From NCBI RefSeq assembly GCF_041956535.1, contig NW_027192192.1, positions 933,796-997,795 of the forward strand: 64,000 nucleotides of DNA, given 5' to 3'. Position numbers and translations under genes: made by a program. Position 1 is the stretch's first letter. Every line of letters begins with the position of its first letter. Shown here in pieces: positions 11,670-25,370 of the stretch. The DNA comes from Calcarisporiella thermophila CBS 279.70. Its lineage: Eukaryota > Fungi > Calcarisporiellomycota. The notes below the pieces were generated by a model. It was not told where the DNA came from. It saw nothing but the letters and a program-made list of their open reading frames with translations, and did no database searches.

Positions 11670-13422
11670 GGCTCCTACTCCTTCTTTTTTGGGGAAGAGA
11701 AAGTGGACTTGATCAGAGTATGAACCAGAAAAAAAAAGAAAGAATGAAAAGAAATGAGCAAAGTAAAAGGAGGAAATAAAAAAGAAAGGAAAAAACTTTT
11801 ATTCGAAGAAGAAAAAAGAGAGAAACGAGGAAAGTGCTCGGGGAAATTTCTCAGTGAGCATAAGAGGGAAGGAGCGATCGAGAGGGAAAAAAATTTGAGA
11901 GGGGAAAGGGAAATGAAGATCAATCCAAGCAACCGGAACATAAAAAATAGAGTGCGCGCGCTCGTTTCATTTCCTATTATTGAAAGGAACAGAAAAGAAA
12001 CCCCATAAAAAAGACAAACTTTTCGACTCCCCATAGCGACCCTATTTTCCCTATGTTTAAGGTTGAACATAGTCCACGTAATCTCTTTGTTATCGTCGCA
12101 GAGCCCCTTTTCAGTATCCTCCCTAATTCCATTTTCTCATTTTTAATAAATGTCTTCGACTCATTCAACCGAGCATTGCTCTCAGGATGTTCCGAGCTTT
12201 ATACCCTAGCCTTTCGCCCTATTTCATTTATTTAAAAGCGGTAGAGCTGGAGATTCATTACTGAATTAAGAATGGCTAAACTTCCTCATAAATATTAAAT
12301 ATTTGAAGGCGAAGAAAGTTGGGACGAAGTTTGAGAAATAGGGAGTTAAGAATTCGTATTTAACACATTAAAAGTTTATGCTGCTAGACAGACTAAATTG
12401 ATGTGCTTGGACATCCACCTGACTAGCGGCCGAAAGGATCGCACGTGGATATACTTTCATTGTACGTTCTTTCCTTCCTTTTATTTACTCGATGGCAATT
12501 TGAGTGATGGATTGCGCCGAATTCACAAGTAGGGTTTCTGGAGCTAAACCTTTTGAATATTTAACAGAAAAACCCTTTATATCAAAGAGATATCATCATA
12601 CTTTGGCAACATACACTGAATATTAGGAATACCTCTAGCTAGAAATGGGTGTGAGCCGAAATATCGCCAAGGGTTCAATCCTATTTTTGTGAAAGCTCTC
12701 AACAAACTTATTATCTTACTGACTGGGCGAAAATTGAAGGGTCCTCCAGCCTATCCAAGGAGCTAGCTGAAGGATCTCGCCCCTGGTAAATTATAGCACT
12801 TCGCATTTGCTCTTAAGTTTTAGCGGCCGATTGTTTCACATAAGTAACAGATACGTTTACGTCATTTAACTTTTCAGTTTTCAAAATACCCACGATACAA
12901 CTACGTTTAGTTTTTGGAACAATGATTACCAGGTTAGTTAGAAACTGTCTCTGTTTGTCCCTTTTGGTTCTATTCCATGTTTATGGTAAGCTTACTTGAC
13001 CAGTGCCGCATATGCTTTGTCGCTTGGCACGCTCTTGTTGCTATCTCGTATATTTGCATTCACCATCTCCCTTCTTCATAGCGGGCCGGAGGGGTTATCA
13101 CTCAGCTGAGAGTTTAATAATGGATGTCTAAGAAAGAAGAAAAGCGTGCCGATTCATATTGTGCCTTTCTCACACCTCTTCTAATTTAAATGAGAATTAT
13201 ATTTACAACTCGTGAATGCATGATAATATCCTTTCTGACTAGGTAAACTTTTAGGTATTAGTGAATTGAAATGGCTACAAGTAGCTTACAATATATCTCA
13301 ATTATATACCCTTGAAGGTCATTCACAATCAAATCAATTCCCCTATGACTTTAAGCCACATTTTATTCTATTGACGCGACGAAATAACTCGTGGCGGAAT
13401 AATTCGTTACTATTTTACATTA

Positions 13423-14757
13423 ATGTCATCTCATCCTCCAGGCGACCAGCAGCCTCATTCTCTTTCTCTCAAGGTAATGCGCCTTTCGAGGCCTACCCTT
13501 GCTACCGTTCAGACGTATTACCATGAGAGGAACAGTGACGTCCCAACCTCTGCACCTCTTGAAGAACTCGCGGCGATGGATCCACTTCTCTCTCGCGACC
13601 CACCCTCTGAATCCGTCGTAGCAACAGCAACTTCCCAGAGACTTAGTGACTCGTCCATATCTACTGCAAGTCTTGGGTTGTCGCGAGCACTAACGCTGCC
13701 AGCTGCATTCGGAACGATTTATTTAGGAGAAACATTCACAGCTTATTCGTGTGTATGTAATGATGATAATGAAGAAATTAGAAATGTGACTCTTAAAGCA
13801 GAGATCCAGACTTCATCTCAACGTTTCACACTTCTTGACACAATGGCACAAGCATTACCCTCTTCACACACATTTGAGAACATTTTGTCGCATGAGATCA
13901 AAGAGCTTGGCGTTCACATTCTCGTGTGTACAATGTACTATTTATCTCCCGCAGGCGATAAGCGCCACTTCCGAAAGTATTATAAGTTCCAGGCTCTGAA
14001 TCCATTAGCGGTGAAGACCAAAGTGAATAGCATGGCCGATGGGAAGGTATTTCTCGAGGCGCAGATCCAAAATATTGCGGGTGTACCAATGAAGCTGGAG
14101 CGAATGCGATTTGAGCCATCGGAGCCCTTTGAGCACCAAGATTTGAACTATGTAGTCGAAGGAGAGCACTTGCATGCGGATAAAAATAATGGGCAAGGTG
14201 AAGGTGAAGTAGCGCGTAATGTTCTGGGAGAGTATGGGTTCCTTGGTCCGCAAGATGTTTACCAATACCTCTATGTCCTTCTACCACGTGCCAACTCTGA
14301 CAACGACGATAGCCTAGCACGAACAACAAATGCGCTAGGTAAACTTGATATATCCTGGAGGTCAGCATTCGGGGCTTCTGGCCGATTGCAAACCAGCCAA
14401 CTCACACGTAAGCCGCCACCCGCCGATAATATCGAGGTGGTCGTTTCTCGGGTTCCCGAGGCAGTTTGGCTCGAGAAGCCGTTCAAAATAGCTCTGAAAG
14501 CGATTAATCGCTCGGGAGAAAACATGAAACTAGTCTCGGCAGCAGTGAAGCAAAAGATGGGCTCAGTGCTGTTAAATGGGTTATCAACGCATACGCTTGG
14601 CGAGGTGGCGCCTGGAAAACAGATCGTATTTGAACTAGAATTTTTCCCGCTCACACCGGGAATACAAAGGCTGGGAGGATTGAGGTTTACTGACTTGGTG
14701 TCGGGATATGCTAAGGATGTGAATCACTTGGCGGATGTGTTCGTAATGTTTGAGTAG
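13423..14757 (+). CDS. TRAPPC13: TRAPP complex subunit 13 (DUF974), intronless
   Basis: HSLSLKVMRLSRP, LPAAFGTIYLGETF, HEIKELGVHILVC, FRKYYKF, LGKLDISWRS and GRLQTSQL motifs. Confidence 0.93.
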   Translation: MSSHPPGDQQPHSLSLKVMRLSRPTLATVQTYYHERNSDVPTSAPLEELAAMDPLLSRDPPSESVVATATSQRLSDSSISTASLGLSRALTLPAAFGTIYLGETFTAYSCVCNDDNEEIRNVTLKAEIQTSSQRFTLLDTMAQALPSSHTFENILSHEIKELGVHILVCTMYYLSPAGDKRHFRKYYKFQALNPLAVKTKVNSMADGKVFLEAQIQNIAGVPMKLERMRFEPSEPFEHQDLNYVVEGEHLHADKNNGQGEGEVARNVLGEYGFLGPQDVYQYLYVLLPRANSDNDDSLARTTNALGKLDISWRSAFGASGRLQTSQLTRKPPPADNIEVVVSRVPEAVWLEKPFKIALKAINRSGENMKLVSAAVKQKMGSVLLNGLSTHTLGEVAPGKQIVFELEFFPLTPGIQRLGGLRFTDLVSGYAKDVNHLADVFVMFE

Positions 14758-15100
14758 AGACCTTTATTTTTTTTTTTAGTTCAGAGCAATTCTTGTAATT
14801 GGGTGATTCTCCTACCCTCCCTCCCAGTGACTTTATATACATTATTGTAAAATATCAAGACTCTTTATATACATATTTTTGGCTTGATCTCATTCAATGA
14901 ACAGTATGAAGAGTGCGGTGTAATTTATTGGATTGATCAAATGGCTATGCAATAAAAGACAGAAACATCAAACATCAACATAATACTATAATTACAAAAA
15001 GGGCAATATAGGAGGGTGTATATACAGTTCTAAGGGATTAATGAATTAATTAGAGGGTTAAAGTACTCATATTATCTAAAAACAAATAAATAAAAAGCCA

Positions 15101-17018
15101 TCATCTCTCTCGAAGCTGTCCTCGCTTAGATGAGCGATGATGGAGTTCACGTCTTTCCCCTTCAGTGCCAGTTTGATAGAATTCTTTTAATTCGGCTTTA
15201 AGCTGTTTCACTGCTAGCTCATAGGCCCGACAACATTTCTCCTTTATTCGGTCGGCGAGATCCCGTAAATCAGCATGATGTTGTTCAATCATCGCTCTTT
15301 TCTCCTCCTCAGATCTCCTCACTAACCCGGCAACTGTCCCATCGTGACTTGCACGTAAGTCTTCGAGAGCGCGCTGATGCTCTGCTTCGATTTTGGTGCG
15401 GTATTGTGCAAATTGTAGGGGGAAAGCGTTGATCAATTCGGGCAGGGTCCGGTTCGAGTCCATGGGGGGTGATCGTCGAGGGGGTGAGAGCTGAGTCATG
15501 AGCTGGGCACGAGCTGCATCACGCTCACGTCGAAGCTTATCCGTTTCAGCACGATACAGGGCTTTAATCTCCGCTAACGCGATGTCATAAGAAGAGGCAG
15601 AGAGTTTTCTCTCTGAGGTGGCGGTCCCTTGCTGAGGTCGAGAGGCGAAGGGGGAGGCCAATTGCTTTTTTAATCTTGTAATTTGCGCGTCTTTATCTTC
15701 AAATAGGCCTTGAAGACATTCAAGAACCTCTTCTGCAGAAAGATCCGTGCTATAGGGCCCGCCTTGAGCACGCATCATGTCATTGAGTCGCTGTTCTATG
15801 TTGTCTTTAAACGCCCTTAACTCCTTCAACTCGTCCTTTTCTCTCTCCTGAGTTTTTGCTCCTACAATCTGATTTTCCAGTTGCTTTATCCTTGATCGCG
15901 CTTCTTCCAACTCTTCACGCGCTTGTTTTTCTTTTAAAGCAATATCCTGATGTGCCTCTATCTCCTCCTGCAATCGCCTATCGAACTCCATGCGTTTCCG
16001 CGTCAGATCTCGCTGCAGTTCCTCGAGTGCACGCTCCTTTTGTGAAGTAAGCATTTGTTTCATCCTTGTTATTTCAAAACCCTTCTCCTGTTCAAGTCTC
16101 TCCCTGATCTCAGAGATCTTATTCTGGTATGAGTGATTTGAGTCAAGCTGGGCTTGAAGTAGATTCAGTTGTCGGCGGAGTTCGCTCTGTTTTTCCTGCT
16201 CCTGGCTCTAAATTTGATAAAAAGAAAAGGGGCATACCAGTAAGTCGGGTGAAAAATATTACCCTCAGTCTCGAAGAGAACTCACTCTGATATCACGCAA
16301 GAGCTTTTCACAATCTTCCCTCACTTTCATTACTTCCATTTCTTTATCAGAAATAATCTTATCTGCTCGCAAGCATAAGAAAAAAATGATCAATCTCTAT
16401 TTTGAATACATATTAATCAATTGACTTACTGATTTCGCCTTCGAAACGAGATAAATCTTCTACTAAACGTTCATTTTCCCTCCTTAAAACCTCCACTTCT
16501 GTCCTCAAGGACACATCTCCGTTCTCTTTGACAGCGCCTACTAATGCCCTTCGAAATAAATCTCCGTTTGCATTCACCGTATTTGAGCTCATAGCGCCAT
16601 TCAAATTAGTGCCACGGAACATCTTGGTTCCATTGATTGCGGGGCGCACCATAGCATCCCCCCCTTTGTCCAGGTGATCTGCCGATCCATTTACAGTCGC
16701 CAAACTAAACCCTTCAGCCATAGCTATTTCTCGCATCTGTCTCAACTCCCTTCGTATTCTCTCCGAATCCTCCGTCATCAAATCCGCGCCGTGCTCGGTT
16801 AATCCTGTTCGGGTGTCCTCCAATTCAAGAGTATGATCAAAATCGCTAGCATCGAACTGGGAAGAACTCCCACGCGTCCAATCCGGATGTTGCTCGAGTG
16901 CATCTAGATCCTGAGCATTAAGTTGAGGAGCGAGCTCAGATACGTCCATCAGATTATCAGGGGATGTGGAGAAGCGCGGTAGACGAGATTCTTCCGTGAT
17001 AGGAGCAATAGTTTCCAT
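15101..17018 (-). CDS. Uncharacterised long coiled-coil protein, 3 exons
   Basis: ORF 16413-17018 splices via GTAAGT...CAG to a small exon (NKIISDKEMEVMKVREDCEKLLRDIR). That exon splices via GTGAGT...TTTAG to a heptad-rich E/K/R/Q exon ending at 15101. Confidence 0.72.
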
Positions 17019-17504
17019 GGGATATAATTAATAGAAGGCTGCGAGGAGAACGTACGAAGAACATGCAAAATATTGTGTGAATGTAATTATTGATCTTAAT
17101 CGTGTTTTATGAAAAAATTGATAGAAAAGATCGCGAGATTAATGACGTATACCGAATTTTTGGAATGAATGTACATGTGTATTGATTGTGGAAGTTAGAT
17201 ATCATGCATATTGCTGTTATATTATATTAAAAATGAAAAAAAGGCATAGTTGAGTGTCCTCATGAAGATATAAGGGAGGCAATACAAAGTGAAGTGAAAA
17301 AAAGGGGGAATAATACTCTGATAGGTTAAAAAGTATAATAAATGCAACAAAAGGGGGGGGGGAGGGGAATACAGAAAAATCGCTCTTTCTACTGCATTAC
17401 AAGATAAAATAGAAATAGACGGAGGAAACTACAGAAGGATAGACAGGGGAAACCTGGAGCATTAACAGAATTATTAATGGTATTAAGAAAAAACTCTAAT
17501 AATA

Positions 17505-19281
17505 TCATCCGTCAAGGCTAGCTCTATCTAATCCCTTGAACTCTGGAATATTTCTCTCTCCAAACAAGAGGTCGTCATATTCTCCTCCATAATTTTCATT
17601 GAACCCCTCATTACCCGCGGCTTGACCAAAGTTGAATTCGCGGTTAGATAACAATTCTGAATCATCACTAATGTGTAAAGCTCTATTGGAATGGTGTCTC
17701 AGCCCGTTCTCGTCACCTTCGTATTCGGCCTCTTGCTCATCTCCCTCAGCATCTACACCGGGTTCACTGTCGCTGGTAGGAGTAGGGATTGCACGAGGTT
17801 GGGAAAGCGATGATGTAGTATGTCGGTCGGTAAACATGGGCTGTGAATATGTCGAGGGTGATTCGCCAAGATTTGGGGGTATCTGTTCTTTCACAGGTGA
17901 GAGATTCGTTCTTTTATATTTCCTATTTGATATCTCCGCATCCGAGCTCCGGTCCTGCCCTTCATGTATTGATGAGCCTTTTGAACCGGCACGACGACGA
18001 CCCGTACGGTCACGCGTTTCGATACCTTTCACAGCAGTTGTGTGGGCGTATTCATATATATCACTTAAGTTATCATCATCCATGATCGCAGCAAGGAATG
18101 GAGGGCTTGAGAGCGGGCTACGGAAAGATTGGGGAGCAATCATTTCGGGCTTGTTGGAAATGAAGGGTGTGGGAGGCAATACACTAAAAATTTCAGTGCA
18201 TTCGTCGGTGGTCGGATAAGTACTAAATGGATCTTGACATGAAGTAATCATCTATAGGATAAATATAAGCGCCCATCCACCTCTATTGCTGGAAGCAAAC
18301 TTATATTTACTGGCTCTAAACAAGGATCTGCTAGGCCACGATTGGTGATTCGATCATAGACATCTACCTCGGCACGCACTACTGCTGATGCTTTCGATAG
18401 AATGAGATTGAAATTTTTTTGCTCTATATCCAGCATATGGCAATAGTAGTGGTTTTTTACACGCTCCAGCTCGTCTACTTGTCGGGTTAAATCTTGCAAC
18501 GCACGGCGAAACTGCACCAGATCTAATGCCATTTACACGAAGAATAAAATTATCGATTGCCTATAAATTAAAACTTAGGGTTTTCATACCTCGCTGTCTC
18601 CGACGTCCACTCATCATGTTTTTAGCTTCGGTTTCCTTTATTTTCTCGCTCATTACGTGCAATACTTTATCATAATTTTCTTCACTTTGCTGTAGAAATA
18701 TAGGTAAATAACGGAAAAGAAAAATGAGAAAAATAAAGACAAAAGACTTACGAAAACTGCAGATTTGTGTTGGTCGAAATTTTCTAGCAGTGGAATTTCA
18801 AAATGTTTATAAAATGCATCACTCTAAGGCCCAAGCAAACATGTTAACAAAGATTCTAGTTCGATATTCTGTAATATTGTTTAAATAATACAAACCAAGA
18901 TCTGGTGATGATTCGATATCATAAAGTGAAGACCAGCCGCAGCATGTAAGCCAGGCCCTTTAAAATGCATCGATTTTGTCATTGCCGATTAATATTCTTA
19001 ATTTTATTTCTTATGAAATTCAGAGGTTAATATTTACCAGCTTCAATCGCGCCTTTACTACGTGATACTCGCTCTAGAGCTATACCGAATGACGCAGCCG
19101 CCTGCGAAAATGCCATCATCTGCGTACGATAAATCTTTGCTGCCTGAAGTAGTTGCTCATAGCGTTCGATTGAAGCACGTAGCTCGGCTCGCGAGAGAAT
19201 AACCTCAGGTTCACGATCGGTTAGCTGGCTGCGAAAAGAGGAAGGGGATGTTGGTCTTGAGGAACCAGCATATCGCGACAT
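17505..19281 (-). CDS. IVY1: IVY1-like I-BAR/IMD membrane-binding protein, multi-exon
   Basis: ILSRAELRASIERYEQLLQAAKIYR, FGIALE, GLHAAAGLHFMISNHHQIL, FEIPLL and DLVQFRRALQDLTRQVDEL motifs, followed by a disordered C-terminal tail. Confidence 0.8.
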
Positions 19282-21711
19282 TTTGAGGAATTAACACCAG
19301 CAAAAATTTCTAGGCTGAAGAGATGATAGCTGAATTTTACAGGTTGAAAAGCGCCAATACTGCTGTGATCGTGTTGCTTCGCCAGTGGTATCGTTATCCT
19401 CAAAAGTCCTTTGCTCTTCTCAACACCCCTAATCTTTCGCAGTTCTTTAGTCTTAACGAGAAGAACAGGAGAGAAAAAATGGCGGAATTTAATTTCAGAG
19501 TCGCAGATTCTGCATGCACCTATAAATTCCGTGAGTTGTTTACTATTTCTCTCCTTACTCCTTTTCTCTTCTACTCTTCTTTTCTTACTTTTATTACGAA
19601 CACTTCTCTCGATTTGCAGGCGGCTTCAGGTAATTACTTCCCCTTTCTTTGATTTTTGGGCGATGACGAAAAGTTGCTTACCGTTGGGGAGGCCAAAAGA
19701 AGGATCCCTCTTTTATGTGGGAAGAACCTACCTTCTTCTCCTTAGCATGGTAGAAATCTGCCTTGGGCGCGTCTGAGCCTTTAATTCTTCTCTTTATATT
19801 ATGATTGAAGAAGCAGTTCTTTTAACCCTCTACTGTAATTTATTTCTTTAGGCTAAGATTTCGGTGAATAGCTGCATTCTGTATGAGTGTCAGTTTAAAT
19901 AAAGTATTTCTATGTTAGTAACATAATCCATAACTTTCAAGCAAATTTGTGATGATTCAACCTCATCCTGGTTAATGGAAGGGGATTAAAAACAGAATCC
20001 TTTTTATTGTGATAAACATTTATTACAATCAATTGAATTTACAACTCTACAAGTGTAAAAATCGCCGTTGCTAGAATCGCAGCTTAACCAGACCATTTGT
20101 TTCAATGGTTCCGTCCTCTCGCTATGGGAATATATCTCTAAAATGTATCATGTATGCTATCTAAAAGTATCAAGAGTGGAAGAATTTGGATTCAATCTTT
20201 TTATATCAGATGATTCTTTATTTAAAAAGTGGTCTTTATGTTTCGTATTGTCTAATCTGAATTTTGATCTCGTAAGGGAAAACCGATCATGAAAACGATT
20301 ATGCATCATGACGCATTGAAATCAAATGCATATAAAACAGGGCCTGATCCACTCTTGATTAACCCTTATTTACAAAAGCATTGCTCACTCAACGTTCATT
20401 TACAGCAATGTCTTTGCGTTTTCATGATCGAGGGTATGTGGAAAAATTAGGATTTTTTGCAGATTTGTTTTATGTCAACTTATAAGCGAAATGGCTTCTT
20501 GTTTAATTCCCATTATATAATCTTCTCGCAGAAAGATTGCCATCCTAAGACATGTTGATTGAATAGATCCTAGTAAGGCCGCCAATTGTATTAGCATGTC
20601 AGTCATCTATTATCGGCAGTTTCCCGATATATTTTTGCAGGAGAAAAGGCAATGCATATTCTAATCCTTCCAGAGGAAAAGGGAAAAACACTCTTTGAGG
20701 GAAAAAATAAGCAAAATATGGTGAAAAAAACGATGAAACAAATGTGAAATAACAATATGTGTATCCCTCCTAGCACCACAGGCTAGAGGAGAGAAGGGGA
20801 GAGGCTCCCTCTATCGTTTATTACACTAAATATAACTGAGTCAATACAATATATTTATAATTATCCTGAGCGCTCTCATCCAATGGTTCGATCCATTAGC
20901 AAAGATTCCCCGTCTGGGTAGAAGTGACGCAGCACTTATTAAGTGAAGTAGTTTTTTCGTAAAACGTGCGAGATGAAAGAACAAGAGGAAAATTTCGCGT
21001 GATGTTCATCAGTTCAGATGCTTTTCTTTTCCTACGAGTTGTTCCCTCTAGATAAAGAAATTTTGTTCGCGAAAATCCTTTATTCTTTACTTACTTCCAG
21101 TCAATTACGCGCATCTCTTGAATAGTCTCTGACATCTGATCATCACTCCCTCGTTTATTCCAACTTTGTTGTTCTCCCTCTCTTTTCAATTACTTTAATC
21201 AATTCTACCCATACCTCCTCTCTTTTCACTCACCTCTTCTGGCCTAAATCTATTTAATGATCGCGTAGCTTTTCATCATCATTTTCGTTTAGGTTTTCTG
21301 TCATCTTTAAACTGACGAACCTCTCAAATCCTTTTTTCATCTATTCGTTTTTTTTTAACCTGCCCATATTTTTCTTTTATCTGTGAGTGCTTACCCCTAC
21401 AGCGGCGGTAATATTACAGCTGATGTTCTGATAAAATTAGTTTTTCTAATAGTTCAACTCTTGTTCTCATTATCAATAGTGGCCATCATCTTTGTTATCC
21501 GTTCGAGCCACCCTTTTCTTTACGAGGCACTATAATTTTCTTTGCATCCGGTGTTCATTTGCGGCAAATCAACTGCTGTATAACGTCGTTCCTTATCAGA
21601 GCAGAGGGTGGTTTTAGGAAATTCTCTTTTATATTTGCCTAGACTTTAACGCCATATTTAGGCGGAGAGGTTCCTAGCTGGGCTTAGATAGGAGAGAAAT
21701 ATCCTGAGAGT

Positions 21712-24510
21712 ATGGAGCCTAATAGTCTGAAAGGGAGGCAGCTCTATGTTGCCAATGTAAGTGTTTTTATCAGTGTTTTCATACTTAAGCATTCATTAAT
21801 AACCTCTTATTATGACAATTCTCTTAATCTAGCTTCCTTATACAGGTAACTTTCCCCCTTTTGAATATATATTTAATAGTATTTTAATGATGATTTCCTT
21901 CTACCTACTTGTAGCTGGATGGCAAGATGTTAAAGTAGGTTTTCCTTGTTTTATATATCATAGAGTTTAGCTGATATCTTTTTACAATCGTGACTACGAT
22001 TCTTTTAGGATTTATTTCGACGAGCTGGTAACATTCAACGGGCCAATGTGCTTTCCTCTAAAGATGGACGTTCAAAAGGTCGCGCCATTGTTATGTTTGC
22101 TACACCGCAGGATGCTCAAAATGCAATAAGTATATATTGAACATCTTTCTCAACAATTTTGCATTTTCAGATAATTCCGGCTTCTTTTGTAGATCTATTA
22201 AATGGATACGAATGGCAAGGGAGAAGGTTAGAAGTTAGAGAGGTAGGTGGTTTTATTTCCCTAATGTAAAGTTAGCCCGGCTTAACCTTGTTTGAAAATA
22301 GTATCGCGGTTCAAGTGAACAAAGTCCCTTGTCTGCAAGAACTGGAATAGTCACAAATCTAGAGGTATGCATATATATTGATCCTCTAATTACTTTTGCT
22401 AGTGAAAAGGCATTTATTTCCTACCTCTTTTAAGCACGCTGGATTGTCTACGGTTGAGGCTGGGCTTTCAAAAATGAAAATTACGAGCGAAAATACGCAA
22501 AACATTTTCCCTCCCGGTGGCGATTTTGACCAGTCTTTGTCCACAGGGTTGACGCCGGTCGGTCAACGCGCATTTATTGGACATTCTATTTCGCCAGGTA
22601 CAATGGATGCTGTTCAATCTCGCCAACTATTTGTCGCCAATGTGAGTATTGATAGATATCAATGCATTTGATGTACTTTAATTTTTACTCGCTGCCAATT
22701 TTAGCTCCCGCCACGAGTTCGATGGCAAGACTTAAAAGATCTATTTCGGAAAGCTGGCAATGTTCTACGTGCCGATGTTGCATTGGGACCCGACAATCGG
22801 TCCAAATGTCATGGAACGGTTTTATTTGTTACACCTGATGACGCTAGATCCGGCATTGGTATGACATTAGCATAGATTAAAGCTTTCTAGACTCTGGAAG
22901 CAAAATCTAATCAATTGTTTTTATTAGAACTTTTTAACGGTTTTAATTGGCAAGGCAGAATACTAGAGGTTCGGGAAGACCACGGTATCCTCAACGACAG
23001 TGTTGGTCAGATCCATAATTCAGCATCACCGAGGATACCATTAGATCGGTCAATTGCAAATGGTGGACTGCTTTCTCGTAGTGCGCTTTCACTACCGAAC
23101 ACCAGTGGAGGTGTAGGTTTATCCCAGATAATACCAGATGCGTCATCGCAGGCGTCTAGCACCGTTTCATCTTTAAGGGGATATAATTTGGGGGTATTGA
23201 ACAAGCATCCTTCACCGTCTTTGCCATAGGTTCTAATGTGTATATTGTGTTTGTCCTTGTGCTTTATTAGCCTCGGAATATCTCATCACAGCCAAGTTTG
23301 AGCGGGAGACAATTATTTGTCGCTAATGTACAAATGGCATTTTTTCTTAATGGTTTTTGAATGTAGTGTTGATATCCATCTTCAATATTAGATACCCTTT
23401 CAATGCCAATGGCAAGATCTCAAAGACCTATTTCGCAAGGCAGGCAATATCCTTCGAGCCGATGTAGCCACGGGCTTAGATGGGCGTAGCCGAGGGTTTG
23501 GTACGGTGATTTATGCTACACCCGAAGATGCACAAAAAGCTATCGGTATGCAAAAGAAATGCATTTTTATATTCGTTTGGAGCAGACCTATTGATGAATG
23601 ATTTCCTATATCAGAAATATTTGATGGCTACGAGTATCAGGGGCGTGCGTTACGTGTTCATTACGATAAATTTGCACCGACCTCATGGGTATCTTCGAGC
23701 AACTCACCGGTAACCGGAAGTGCGGCACAAACGTCGCCGCTTGGAGCGCAAACGTTGGAACGCAACATGCGTCCCCAATTAATGATTGCCTCAGAGCAAC
23801 AATTCCCTCCATTGTCCGACCCGCTCCCCCTTTCCACAGGGTTCTCGTCCTCCATGACTCAACATTCCCTCTCCATGCACTCGCTCTCACGTATCACTTC
23901 CTCCTTTGCACCACCTGCCCCCATGGATGAAGATCCGCTCACCTCCCGCCCTAGTCCGGTTACTGCTGCGGGATTCCCATCGATCAACTCGGGGTTACTT
24001 TCGACTCCTTCCTTGGGCGATTTGGCAGCGATGCAGACCGGATCCAGCCTCCTTGAACCCACCCATTCCTCGCTACTGCCGCCCGTGGGGGGCAGTGCTG
24101 GATACTCCCCATCGAGTAGTCAGTTCGATTATGGCCTTGGCCCCATTGGACCTCCAAAGCAGCACGATCTCAATCCCACCACCATGATGAACTCGCCCAA
24201 CACCCTCTCTCCCTACGACCCTCCACCGCTAAGTTACCACCACGCGTCGCTGAGCGATTCAGCCCTTGGCAATGGCCGAGACTTGTTTGGCCTAGGGTCC
24301 GATGCCGGAAGCGTATCGGGGAGTGGGGCTGTCACGAGCAGTGGGGGGGGCGTTGCATTAAGTTTGACCGGAAGTCAGATAGGCTCCAGTTGGAGCGGGA
24401 CTCCCCCTCTGCCTTCATCCGCTGGCGATGCTAACGGCAACGGAGCTCACCCCAACCTCAATGCCCCACCAGCCTCGATTATGGTGGGATATCTAAGGGG
24501 ATTGAAGTGA
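21712..24510 (+). CDS. Triple-RRM RNA-binding protein (Gbp2/Hrb1/hnRNP M-like), many short exons
   Basis: Three repeats of RQL(Y/F)VAN-x-P-x3-WQD(V/L)KDLFR-x-AGN-x2-RA-x-V...RS(K/R)-x2-(A/G)-x-V...(N/D)G-x2-(W/Y)QGR-x-L-x-V, then a Ser/Pro/Gly-rich last exon. Confidence 0.88.
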
Positions 24511-25167
24511 TGCTTTCCGATCCGCTTTCGTTTTCTTGATTGCTCTGCCTGGTTCAGTCTTTTATTCTAGGGCTAGCTCTATTCTCTTCTCGACTATCAG
24601 TTGTGTTTCTTCATTCAAGAAATAGTGTCACTCCTTGATTTCGCTCCTTTATTTCTTATTTACCTAGGCTTCTATGTTTTCTTTTCCTTTCGTTAATTGC
24701 TTTGATGGTGATGATTTATATATAGCTTCTATATACTTCTAATTTGGAGTTTTTCCTAATTTACAGGCCAGTTTTTTTTATTACTTAATTTTTATTTGAT
24801 TTTTCTCGATATATTTGAGGAGAGGGATCTATGTCTTCGGCGTTGAGAATGGTGCTTGGTTTGCCTTTATTTTTCCTCTAGGTGGGATTAGCTAGTATAT
24901 CTTTACGATTATTTTTTTTTATTAATATCTCTTTTTTCTTCTTTTTTCTTCAGTTTTGTTTGTTACTAAGTGAGACAAGTGTGTTTATCTTCTATTGTTT
25001 TACTTTCATATTGGAGAGTGAAAAGAGCCGTTGGAAGAGTTGGGGAGTCCATGTGTTCTTTTTTTTGTGTTGTAGTGTCCTTTTATACTTTCATTCTTTA
25101 TATCGGTTGTTCTTAACTAGATAGGGATGGTACTAGAGAAAAGAAATTCCTTCAAGCTTTTTTTTTC

Positions 25168-25192
25168 CGTTTCGTTTCGTTTCGTTTCGTTT
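25168..25192. repeat. (CGTTT)5 microsatellite
   Basis: Perfect pentanucleotide tandem repeat between convergent genes. Confidence 0.8.
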
Positions 25193-25370
25193 CCTTCTTT
25201 GTGGGATGTTCTTATTTTTTATTATTTTACCTCTTCTTTTTTTTACTGTTGTATCTTTGAAAAAAAAAGTATATTTTTGAGAATCAAGCAAAGAGTCTGC
25301 AGCGAAATATGGAGACAAAGATATATAGGTATGCGGATTTTCTAGTACTACATAGGAGAGGTAGAAAGCA

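Noticed and set aside
11594-12235. Lys/Phe-rich ORFs (also 9302-9572, 24882-25345, 57089-57319)
   Set aside because: Translations of A/T-rich low-complexity UTR sequence.
20880-20900. GGTTCGATCC B-box/T-arm-like hairpin (similar motif near 12671)
   Set aside because: No acceptor stem, D-arm or anticodon arm can be built, so it is not a tRNA.
19282-21711. 2.4-kb gap as a hidden gene or transposon
   Set aside because: No coherent exon chain, terminal repeats or transposase/RT motifs were found. It is consistent with divergent promoters and a long 5' UTR.
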